Shown: piece after piece, positions 39,834 to 51,400 of the stretch
How positions within the stretch are numbered: position 1 is the first letter of the stretch
Layout of the letters: every line of letters starts with the position of its first letter
Source: Candidatus Uhrbacteria bacterium
GTDB lineage: Bacteria; Patescibacteriota; Patescibacteriia; UBA9934; GWF2-40-263
Length of the DNA: 64,000 bases
NCBI GenBank assembly: GCA_016188475.1
Contig: JACPHT010000007.1
Span: 80,467 to 144,466, forward strand
Reading direction: 5' to 3'
Notes under the pieces: model-generated
Seen by the model: the letters and a program-made list of their open reading frames with translations, nothing else
Databases searched by the model: none
Told to the model about the DNA's origin: nothing
Program-made: the position numbers and the translations under genes

Positions 39834-40822
39834 AATACGACTTCTTTCAAGCTATTGATTATCATCTGAAAAGTCTGCACATAATCAACAGTGGTTTTTG
39901 TAGAAACATCGTATTTGAACGATAAAACTTTGGTTCCAATAACTACTATCGCGGATCTCTTATCTTGGGTCGTGTAAAATTCCTTCCCTGTCTTGGTTGT
40001 GGTTTTTACAACATTTTCCTGTCCGCCTTGTTCTTCAATCCAATTTGAAATTGTTTGCGAAAACGCTTCTTGAGTTTGAGAAATAACACTGACAGCAAAA
40101 GTTTCACCAGTTGTAGTAATAATTGAAACTGATAAATTTTCACCGGCTTGTGTTTCCCAAATTGATGGATACATCAACTCAATGTTTGGCTGAATTGTTG
40201 TTCTTGAAACAAAACCGGCTTCGAGCAATGTTCCAGGGGATTTGGCACTCGGGTTGTAAAGATGAAACACTTCGTTACCATCCAAAAATCCATCAAGGTC
40301 AGTGTCTGGAAGATTCGGATTTGTTTTATAAATTATTGTTTCTTCAATATCTGTTAATCCATCTGAATCTGAATCTTTCCCTGGAACAATTTCATTTGTA
40401 AACGGACTTTCAACTGCTGGTTCGGGTTCTGGCTCCGGTGCTGGTATTGGCTCTGGTTCAGGACGCGGTGTTGGTTGTGTTTCTGAAGTTGGCTTGATTT
40501 GACTTTCAGTTTTTGGTTGAGATGTTCGCAAAAGGATATATCCTACAACAATCAAAGCAAGAAGAATTACAGCTCCGGCAATAAGCAATGCTTTTGTTGA
40601 TGACGAAAATTCCTTTTTAACCTGTAATATCGGAACTGATTTTGGAAGTGGTTGAGATGTCGCCGGAGAAATAGGCGACGATGACGGTTTTTGTTGAATT
40701 TTTGGTTCAACAACTTTTGTTTCTTTGCCATGACGATATTGCTCGGGCATCGTAAAAATCCTCGCGTCCGGTATCGCTTTTTTCTGTTCTTGATTTTCTA
40801 TTTTCAATTGTGTTTCCTGCAT
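39830..40822 (-). CDS. Membrane-anchored protein with DxDxDG calcium-binding (TSP3-like) repeats
   Basis: DSDSDGLTD.EE, DTDLDGFLDG. Confidence 0.8.
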   Translation of the reverse strand: MQETQLKIENQEQKKAIPDARIFTMPEQYRHGKETKVVEPKIQQKPSSSPISPATSQPLPKSVPILQVKKEFSSSTKALLIAGAVILLALIVVGYILLRTSQPKTESQIKPTSETQPTPRPEPEPIPAPEPEPEPAVESPFTNEIVPGKDSDSDGLTDIEETIIYKTNPNLPDTDLDGFLDGNEVFHLYNPSAKSPGTLLEAGFVSRTTIQPNIELMYPSIWETQAGENLSVSIITTTGETFAVSVISQTQEAFSQTISNWIEEQGGQENVVKTTTKTGKEFYTTQDKRSAIVVIGTKVLSFKYDVSTKTTVDYVQTFQMIINSLKEVVL

Positions 40823-40867
40823 AATATTCCCTTACCACTTTCACCCTTTCTCCCTTGTTTTTTATCC

Positions 40868-41482
40868 TTAACTTCCTGCTGGAACTTCCAATAACTTCCC
40901 TGGTCCGTTTGGGTCGTATCCGGCTTTCACTTCATTTCCATCCAAAAACCCATCGCCATCTGAATCTGAATTCAAAGGGTTTGTTCCATAAACTTCAAGC
41001 TCTTCACGATCAAACAAAAAGTCTCCGTCAGTATCTGAACTTTTTGGACTTGTGCCAAGTTGAGCTTCTTGCAAATCAGAGAGTCCATCTTTGTCTGTGT
41101 CAACTTCAGGTTGTACAATTTCAGGCGCTGGTTCTGTTTCAATAGCGGATGATGGTTGCTGTGTTTCTGTTTTGGTTGTTTCTTCAGCTCCAGGTTCTTG
41201 TGGAGTTACTGGAGTTCGGGAGCTTAAAATTCGCCATGAAATTAAAAATGCTCCGCCGATTACAACCAAAATCGCGAGAATAATAATTATTGTTTTTATG
41301 TGGCTCCCACTACCGCCTGAAGATTGTTTTTGCAATGGTTCTACAGATGGAGAAACTGATTGAACCACTGGCTGAACTGCCGGTTGAACTGTTTGCTGAG
41401 CAGTAGGCGGAGCCACATGAGGCGCGGCCTCATCTGTTTTTTCAAAAATGTCTTCAGTGGGTTTTTGCAAATCTTCAAACAT
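40868..41482 (-). CDS. Membrane-anchored protein with TSP3-like repeats
   Basis: DTDKDGLSD, DTDGD, DSDGDGFLDG.EV..GYDPNGPG. Confidence 0.82.
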   Translation of the reverse strand: MFEDLQKPTEDIFEKTDEAAPHVAPPTAQQTVQPAVQPVVQSVSPSVEPLQKQSSGGSGSHIKTIIIILAILVVIGGAFLISWRILSSRTPVTPQEPGAEETTKTETQQPSSAIETEPAPEIVQPEVDTDKDGLSDLQEAQLGTSPKSSDTDGDFLFDREELEVYGTNPLNSDSDGDGFLDGNEVKAGYDPNGPGKLLEVPAGS

Positions 41483-41521
41483 AGGTTTTTGGTGTTAGGT
41501 TTTGGGTTTTGAAAAAAATAA

Positions 41522-42319
41522 TTACTTTAATTTTCCAGCGCCGTTTGGATTATAACCTGCGGCAATTTCTTGGCTGTCACTATATCCATCTCCATCAGTA
41601 TCAGCTTTGTATTGATCAGTGCCGTACAATTTTTCTTGCGTATTATCCAGATCGTCAAAATCCGGATCATCCACCAAAATCCATTCTTCCTTGCACAATA
41701 CAATTCGGTCTTCGTCAATTAATTTATCACAAATCCGTGAATCTTGTTTTTGATTCGCCTCTTTAACAACGATCAAAAGTTCACATTCAGACGGATTTTT
41801 TCCAAGCGAAGCGCAATTTTCCGCTGTGATAGGCTCTAAACCGTAGTGGCATCCTGATCGTTTGTTCTCGTTTTGTATTTTATCACACAACTTCACATTT
41901 TGAGCAGAAACTGCCAGAGCATAATTCACACTGTCCGAGCAAAGTCTTTTCCATTCTTCGTTAACGATATTTTCACAAACCGAAATATCTTTTTTATCAA
42001 CTCCAAGTTCCCAAACGCAAGAGTCGTAACTTTTGTCTGTTAAGCCTTCACAAAACAAAACATTTCCGGTTTGCGAAGCGAGTTTTTGCATTTGTTGTTG
42101 TACGCATTCTTGTTTGTTTACTGCTGATTCACACGTCTGTTCAATCGCGGCGCGCTGATTTTCGACTTGCTTTGTTTGCAATGCCGTGTCATTTCTTCCG
42201 ATGATCAATCGAATCGCTCCAATCACCAAAAACACAGCAATTAAAACTCCGCCAGCGATAATCACCACAGGTTTCCAAGAAATTTGTTTTTGTTCGGATG
42301 GATAGTCTGAGAAAGGCAT
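41522..42319 (-). CDS. Membrane-anchored Cys-repeat protein with TSP3-like C-terminus
   Basis: Likely start MPFSDY; C..I......C repeats; DTDGDGYSD. Confidence 0.78.
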   Translation of the reverse strand: MPFSDYPSEQKQISWKPVVIIAGGVLIAVFLVIGAIRLIIGRNDTALQTKQVENQRAAIEQTCESAVNKQECVQQQMQKLASQTGNVLFCEGLTDKSYDSCVWELGVDKKDISVCENIVNEEWKRLCSDSVNYALAVSAQNVKLCDKIQNENKRSGCHYGLEPITAENCASLGKNPSECELLIVVKEANQKQDSRICDKLIDEDRIVLCKEEWILVDDPDFDDLDNTQEKLYGTDQYKADTDGDGYSDSQEIAAGYNPNGAGKLK

Positions 42320-42429
42320 AGAAGAAAAGGAGAGGCATTTTCGTTTTTTAATGTCCCTTCGACTTCGGCAATTATTGCCTGAGCCTGTCGAAGGCCGTAA
42401 TTGCCTTCGCTCAGGGAATAATATGCTTA

Positions 42430-45400
42430 TCAAGGCACAGGACAATACTCAAATGTGATATTAGAAAAATTCATTGTTCCGGTTCCGTTGAAGATTGTCT
42501 GAATCGGCATCAAGGTTTGCTTGTTCTGACACGCGAAAGTTTCAGGCAAAGGCAATTCAACATTTTGACCGACAGGAGTAATGGAAGTTTCTGAACTTGA
42601 TTCTGTTCCCTTTGTCGCAGTAACTGTTGTTTTTGATTCCAAAACGGATTCGATTATTTTGTTATACATTCCCTTGATTCCGTCAGCCGTTGTAGCTTGA
42701 TATGCAAAGTTTCCTTCCGTGCAATCATTTTTGTCTGCCATTTCTTTACCTGCACATTTCAAACTAGACAAATGTTCCATGTAGGCAATTTGAGTTGTGT
42801 TATCAGATATAACTGCGGAATAAAAAGTGATGTCGCCTGACTTTATGTGATCAAAAATCATTCCGTCTGCATAACGAGCTTCTGCAATACAAGCCTCTGT
42901 TCCTTCATACGGGACCCATATTCCATCTTCCTTGTTGTAATTTTTTTTGTTGTCCCCAATCATTTTATTACACTTAAGTTTATCATCATTGTCATTTATA
43001 ATTGCTTTTTCTGGAGGATACTTACTGTAATCGCCCAAAGCGTGATTCGCTTCTCCGTCTGCTAATAAAATTACAAACTTTTGATTTTCCGGCGCTGATT
43101 GTTCATCAAGAATCTTTATGGCTTTTTGGATCGCGGAACCAGTCAAAGTCCAACCTCCAAAATTGTCTTTGTATGTGTCAATGATATTTTTAAGTGTTTC
43201 TTTGTTTCCAGGATTGTTCGGCACTAAACTCGTCTCAAGCTCTGGATGAAGCGCAATCACGTCGTCTTGAACATTGTGATTGTAGTCAACACCATATCCG
43301 TAAGTCACCAAACCGATTCTAATTTTTCCGTCAGTGCCTTGGTACGCATCATACAAGTCATCAATGGCTTGTTTTGCCGCTTCTGTCACAATATCAATTC
43401 GACGGTTTGGCGCACTTGCACTTTTTCCGTCTGGACCAAGTTTCATTGTTCCAGTTAAATCCGTCACAAACACAATATCAATGTTCGGTTCAGTCACGTT
43501 TGAATTATCAATGTTTGCCGTAATCTTTGTGCCAACACTGCAAGCAGGCAAAAGCAAAACAGCATTATCAGGCGATAATTTTTCTTTGTTGAAATAACTG
43601 TACAGATCAACACTTGGAAGCGGTTGAGCGCCGGAAAGTTCGCTTTGCACCAAAATTCCTGTTTTCTTCAGAGTGAACGGACACGAGCCAGAACAATCGC
43701 TCGCGCAAACAGGCGCTACGCACTGGCTGTCTGTTCCGCAAACGAATTTGTTTGCAGATGCGTTGTATTCCGCTGGTGTTTTGTTTGGTGGTTGAAGTGT
43801 ACACGGTTTGCCGTTATTAGCACCGCCATTACAAACACCCAAATATTGGCATGTGTATCCAGCACTGCAAGCGCCTGTCGGGCCTAATTTAAGCGCGTCA
43901 GATTTCGAACAATTTCCGGCTTTTACAGGTTCTGCTCCAGTATCATAATTAAAACACCAATACGGCTGATCATTACCATCACAAAATTCATTTCCGTTTT
44001 TAATTCCATCACCGCAATACGAACCGGACAAAGTCTTGTACTGACATTGCCAATTGCAATAATTACATGTGTTATCGTATGAAGCCTCGCAAGGATTCAA
44101 ATCGTTTGGCCCAACATTATCTATTCCGTTGTCGCACGCCTCAACTCCGCTATAAACATATTCATCGCCGCAAAAATTTTTCTTACAACCGTTTGTACAA
44201 CTGTCATTGTTAGATTTATTTCCATCGTCGCATTCTTCAGTTCCTTCTATTTTTCCATTACCGCAAACTTGATCCCCGCCTTGACAGGAAGAAAAACCGG
44301 GCCATGAACAATCGTTTTTACAAACGCGAGTTCGAGTGAGTTCGTATGTGAAATCTGAACATTTCTTGCTGCCACATTGGGCGTTGTTTGAACATGGAGT
44401 TCCGATATCATCTACACCCAAACATTTCGAGTTGTTACATTTTCCGCTTTCGCATTGATTATTATTGCCACACTGTTTCCCAACGTCTTTTGCTTCAACA
44501 CAAACTTTACTGCTTCCGCATGCTTGTTTTTGATTGCCACCACCGCAAGCTCCTGACGGACAATCGCTGTCAGTTTCGCAAGTTGTTTTATTATCAGTAC
44601 AAAGTTTCCCGGCCCATTGTTGTGACCCACCATCACACTCTTCCGGCCCGTTCACAATTTTGTCTCCGCATGAAAGCCCTGGTTGCTTACAATCGTACGT
44701 GCAAGTTTTACCCGGATCGTCACCATATTGCCCATTTGAAGACTCGCATGAATTTATCTTTGCCCAGCTCTGATTTCCAAGCGACGCAAAATTTTCAATT
44801 GAACCGCAATCGCATTGTTCACCACCTGCCAAATATCCATCTCCACACAAAAACGCTTTTGTAAATGTACAATCAGAACCGCAATGTCCGTAAGTTCCGT
44901 TTTGCGCTCCATCATCACATATTTCGCTTCCTTCAAGAACTCCGTTACCGCACGCAAAATCGATCTTAGGAGAACCAGCGGCTTGTGCTTCAGCAACAGT
45001 TTGATAATTTGAACAATCATCTTTACAAGAAACATTCACATATCCGTCAGAAAGATATTCCGCTTTGACTTGTCCTGGCTCGCAGGTTTCATTTTGTCCC
45101 ACAACTCCGTCTCCGCACACAGCTGAAATTCCCCAGCTTGCAGTGTCAGCGCAGAAAAGTGGATTTGAAACAAACCCTTTCGGAACTGCGGCAAGTCCGC
45201 TTAAGTATTCAGCGACAACTGTCACATCGTCTGTGTCAAATTGATCTATTGCAAAATTCCAAGGCGAATCACCGTATTCCAATTGAGTAAACAATTTGTA
45301 TTTTTCTCCGTATTTATTTTGATAACCATAAACATGCGATCCTTTTGGACAAACAAATTTTCCTTGCAATCCATTGAAGCAAGTCAATGGATCGAAGCCC

Positions 45401-48400
45401 TCGCCCTGCGACTTGCAACCTTGCCAGAACTCATCGATCGGATCTTTGGGTAATGTTGAACCAACCGCGTTTGATAAAACCGCGTTCCATGATTCCCATT
45501 TGCTTACACTCATTGCAGGAACATACGTTCCTTGTTGAACTTCAGGATATCCTTCAACACATGATTCAGTTCCAGGACACTGTGAGTCTGTTGAGCAACC
45601 TTGATTTTTTGTAACTGAACAATGTTTGTTTTGTGATCCATATTTGTTCAAAGCGGAAATTGTTGTTGTGATATCTGTCAATCTCTGCATGTCGTTTTGT
45701 AATTTTGATTTGTCATTATCACAAAACGCATTCTTAGCTGACGCGAGTGGACATTCAGCCGCTGACGCTGGTTTATTTTTTGTGATTGTACACTCATCGT
45801 TCTCAAACGTTTCCAAACATTCTCCATCCCAAGCGCAGTTTATAAAATCTCCTTCATCATTTTGTACATAAGAATTTCCGATCTTGCACAAACCAACATT
45901 ACTCACCTCTGTTGTGTTCGCGTTAAATTTCCAGTGATCAAAAATCTGCGCAAAAATTTCTTTGGCATCAGCTCCGGCGTTTGGATTATATGAAACAACG
46001 TAAATGTTTGGATAAATTACATTTCCATTTTTGTTCGCGGCAGTAATATAAGCTGTGTTTCCTGATTGAATAGCTTGATATCCGTCTATTTCTAATTCCT
46101 TGTAAGTTCCAGTAAATTTTTGCGACTCAAACCAAGCTATTGGTGAAAGATAATTTGGATTTTGAAACACGCGCACACCAATCGCGTCAGGAGTGCCTTG
46201 TACTTTGAAGAAAAGTTCTTGTAAAAGTCCGGCAGTCGCGACAGAAGTTACATCAACCGGATCAGCAAGCGAAGGAAGATCATCTGTTGTTCCATCTAAG
46301 CCGCGATCTCTACAATAATAGAAACCAAAGTTAGATGGTTTTGTTGGGTCTGTTTTTTCAATGTATGGAAATCCGAGTGTGGAATTCAAAGCAGGCCATG
46401 GATTTTCGCAAACAAGAGCCGTAACCTCAAGCGATCCCGATGTCTGCTTTCCAGATGTTGTTGGAACATTAAATGTGTCTTTGTTAATTTTCGCAGTCGC
46501 TATTACATGTTCAAGTCCATTATTGCCGACAGATGAAAATTTTGACTTTTCAAGTTTACCGATATCGCCATTTGCAAGATCAACTATATTTTCGGACTTG
46601 CCAGTTGCGTATGAAGAACCCCAATCCCAAGTCCACGAGTAACTTAATGTTGTGTTGATCGGCTCATAAACTCCGAGCCCGTCGCGATATGTTAAAGCCT
46701 GCGCTTCAAACTCGTGCGTTTCATCTTTCTTTGAAAAGAAACCTGAACTTGCTGATTCATATTGTTGTTTATTGACTTTTCCGTTGTCTGCAACACTCAC
46801 TGAATCAAGCAAACATACTTGTGATCCGATTTTGAATTGATTTGTTGTTGAACCGAATTCGCACGTATTTCCAATACACAAACCAACTCCGTTTTCGCTT
46901 AAAACTCCAAAAGGTGTTCCGTCTGAAGTGTTTTTGTCACCGACAATTATTAGCTGATATTCTGAATCTTTTTCCAAAAGATCGTTGTATTCAAGCACGA
47001 TTTTTTGACCGCCGGATATGTCAACGGTTTTGAAAGTCACAGGCGCAAGACATTTATTCCCAGCGGCTGAAACATCTTTTCCAAACAAATTCCAAAATCC
47101 ATTTTTCAAAACACTCCAAATTTTCGCAAACAAGCCTGAAGGCGCTTCTCCGCTTGTTACAAATTGATAGTTCGACGGACAAAGAGACGGGTTGGCATAA
47201 ATGTACTTTCCGTTTTTTGCAAACAGCTCAAGTCTGATATTTGAAATTTCTCCGTTGTCAATCTTTCCATTGTTGTTTTTGTCAACAGCGCCAAATGTTT
47301 TTGGATCCATTTTCTGATCAAACTGAACTGACACTGCTGTGTTTCGACAATATCCCTGATTTCCTGGACCGTTTCCAGACGGCGGTTGATAAGGCGGTTT
47401 CTTCTTCGGACGCACAAAACAACAACTTCCTGATCCGCATCCGAGCTTTGTTGTATCTCCGCACGCCTGATCCGACTCGCACGAACAATCAACTTTCAAA
47501 GTCGCGTCACCTTTCACATTTTCTGCTTCAGCGGTGATAGTCGAAACAGCATAACCTGTTGTTTTATCAACTTCTTTTGGGGCATTGTTGTTGATTTGCG
47601 CCGCGGCATATCCGCCTATCGCAAGCGACTGACCGGCTGATACATCACATTCTTCGCTAGTTTGAATTTTACCATCGCCGCAAAATGACGGAGGGTCATA
47701 TTGCGCTGACGCGCCTTCATTCAAACACTTGGCGTTGCAACCATCGCCGGATTTATTATTGCCGTCATCGCACTCCTCTCCTTTTCCAATCTTGCTATCG
47801 CTACAAAATGACGGGGTTCCGTACTCTAATGAAGCGCCTTCGTCAAGACATTTTTCACTGCATCCGTCTCCTGAAACCGCATTGCCATCATCACAGTCTT
47901 CTCCAGATTCGACTTTTGAATTTCCGCATTTTGAAAAAACATTTTCTTTCGCGATCGCACCTTCAAACAAACATTGGCTTGAACAACCGTCACCGTTTTT
48001 TGTATTTCCGTCATCACAATCTTCACCTCCTGTTTGAGGTGAAAAGTCAACGGTTCCATCTCCACAAGTTGCGCCAACTGAAGACGAACCATTATTTAAA
48101 CATGTCGAGCCGCATCCGTCGCCTGAAACAGTATTCCCGTCATCGCATTGTTCTCCAGCGTCAACAATTTTATTTCCGCAAGTTAAAGACGATCCTTCTT
48201 TCAAACAACTTGAGGAACATCCGTCTCCAGAGTTTGTATTTTTGTCATCGCATTCTTCAGCTTCATTTTTTCCATCTCCGTTGTAATCGACAATTCCATC
48301 TCCGCAAACCGCTTGCGTGTGTTTAATTGTTGCGCCAGCATTCAAGCATTGCGATGTACACCACTCTGGAAGCGACGTTGCAAGTTCGATTGCTCCATTT

Positions 48401-51400
48401 TGCAACATAAACGCCACATCCTGCGCTGTTCCTCCTTGAGCGGCTTTATAATTGTCAGGAGTGTCTTTTGATGTCCACGCGTTCCAAGTGTAACTTGAAT
48501 TCTGTAAAGCCTGTCCGGAAGCGTCGCAATCATCTGGCGCGCCGTAAGTTGTCGCGTTGTATTCTTGTTTTTGTCCGACGTAATTTAATGTTTTCAAATC
48601 TGGAGAAACATTGATTGAATCAATACCGCAACTTATATCAGAATTTTTTGTTTTGAATTTCCACGAAAAATCCGTGCCATAATTCGCGCCAGAATCTTTT
48701 AACGGAACATTGGAAGTTGACTTGATTGAAGAACCATTCAAAACAATTCGATACCATGTGTTCGCGGCCATTACTGAACCTGCTTTATAATCAACAAACA
48801 AAGTTTTGGTTTCTTTGTTGTAAGTAACGTTTTGAATCAAATCTGTTTTTTTAAGCTCATTCGCCTCGCAAATAGAATCTTCACACTCATAAAGCGTTAC
48901 CGCAGAAGCTGCAACAGTTGATGGATCAATATCTGTATTGAAACGCGCCCAAGGCTGTGCGTTCACGCAAGCTGTTGAACAATTTGGGAAAAACGCGTCA
49001 ACTTTTGGATCGCTAAAATCGATTTTCAAATCTCCAGTATCCTTTGGTTTATTTACGGCGTTTGTAACTTCAGCTTTAATCTTTGCAGGATTTCCTTTTG
49101 TCTCTTCTGTTGCTTTAACTTTTGAAGAACACAGTGCAGTGCCAACTGTCGGGTCTTGCACGGTTGCGCCAGGAAAATTTGATGACCAATCGATTGTTTG
49201 TCCATCGCATGAAATTGTGAGACATTGATGCTCTTTAGAAATTAACTGCGATGTGTAACCAACACTTTGATCGTCAACTGTTGCTGTAAAATCTGCTGGT
49301 GAAACATTCACTCCGCCGACTTCGCACAATTCATTTTGACCTGCTGTTCTGAAATCCCAAACATAATCCTTTTCCATGAACGCGCCGCCAACAGCATCAC
49401 TCGCGCGCACTCCGCCCTGACCTCCTTTCACAGTCACTTTGATATAAGCCGCTTGAGGAAGCAATTCCGAAGGTGTCCATGTAAACGCTATTTCGTCCGT
49501 CATTAACGAACCGTCGAGTTTTTGCCATGCTTTACAACTTCCATCAGATTTTTCCTCATTACATTTTTCAACAACAATGTTATCCGGCAATGACGTCTGA
49601 TCCATTTGTTTTGTAAATGCCGCAGTAACAACCGCGTTCAAACAAACCGATGACGAACCTTCCCAGTTTTTCCACGGACTTGGAGAAATTGTTTTATCAT
49701 CGCATGCGACTTTTATTGTTGGAGCTTCTGGAATTAAACCGGTTGAAACGCGATACGCAAAATGTGATTCTTTTGGCTTAAGACTGCAATCAGCTTGATT
49801 TGATTTACACGAACCATCATCGCAACAGAATGTGTTGGTCGGACAAGCAAAATTATTTTGACAATCTCCAACAGCAAAATTTACAGAGTTCGAAGTGTAA
49901 CCGGCTTGAGTTGTTGCGAAAACCGGCCCTGTTTTTGCTTGCGCTGGAACCAAAGCATCGGTCACTTTTGTATTTTCCCAAATGATGTAACCGGCTGATT
50001 GTTTGTCAAAAAATGTAACTGTTCCATCTTTAGTTCCCAAATTTTCTCCATAAGCTGTTACAAGTGTTTCAACAGGACCTGCAACAGGATCAAGTTTACA
50101 AACCGCAGGACCTGGAGCGCCGTCAACAATTACAAAATCAACACCGTTTGAAACCTCACCATCTTGACGTTTTAGCGAAAGTTTATATGCGCCAAAGACA
50201 ATTTGATCTCCAAATTCATTCGCGATTTGAAATTCTTCCGGAACTTTTACGATAACTGATGTGTTGTTCCAAAATTGATTGCCGCATTGCGCTGGAAATT
50301 GCGTGTCTCCAAGAGCCAACTTTCCAAGACCGCTTGTAAAATTCACTTGACCTTTCGATGTTCCAAAATCAGTTCCATAAATTGTCACGTATTGTCCGGC
50401 TGGTCCCCAATTTGGCGCTGATTCGCATTTCCCTCCTCCACACGTGTCGTCTTTCGCGCAGACTTTTCCATTGTTCACTCCACCACTACACGCTTTCCAA
50501 CCAGTTTCGACGTATGAAATGTTTGGTTTGGTTTCTGCTTTTGCGGAATCTAAAACAGCAAACGCAAGTTTGTTCGATCCAACACGAACTGAAACGCATT
50601 TTCCGTCTCCTTCAGCGCAAACTTTATTCGCAGAACAATACGCCAGTGTTTCACTGCACCAAGAAGTCGCGCACGAGTTCCCTGCTCCGCAATCACTATC
50701 TTGCGCACACAATTTTCCAGTTTCCTTTCCAACTGCGTCAATACATCGATAATCTCCGGTGAACGCTTGTGTGCTTACATTGCCAGATGACATGTTTGGC
50801 ACAACAGCCTTAACTTGTGTGTCAAGCCAAGCTGAATATCCAGCTGAAAGAAAATCTTTGAAATAAATGACTGACGACCCTTGCTTTGCTCCAAGTCCAA
50901 GTCCAGAAAAAGTTGTTCCTGTCGCGCTCTCGCCTTTTACAGGATCAACATCGCAAAGTCCCGGACGTTTCACAGCGTTTACATCAAAATCAGACGATAG
51001 CGGACCAAACGCATCGTTTGTTTTATCTTTTTTAACATCAGGTCCGGCTGTTGCAACTTCAATCGGCCCATCTTTTGCTCCAACTGGAAGTTGAACAACA
51101 ATCTCTTTGTCGCTCCATTTTGTTTTTCCATTGCAAGAATAAGCAGAAACACTCTTGCTTTCTTCAGGTTTGGATCCAAGAAATGTTATGTTTCCTCCAA
51201 CAGCGCCAAATCCCAAACCTTTGATTGTTACTAAACTTCCGATAGCGCCATCGCCCGGTGAAACAGAATCAATGCGAGGTTTGCTTACACAAACTTCATT
51301 TTCACACACAAGTCCTGGCGAGCATTCTGCTGTTTGTCCACACGTATCTGCCACACATTTGCCGCAATAAAAAACATTTGTTGGATCACCACCGCAGTTC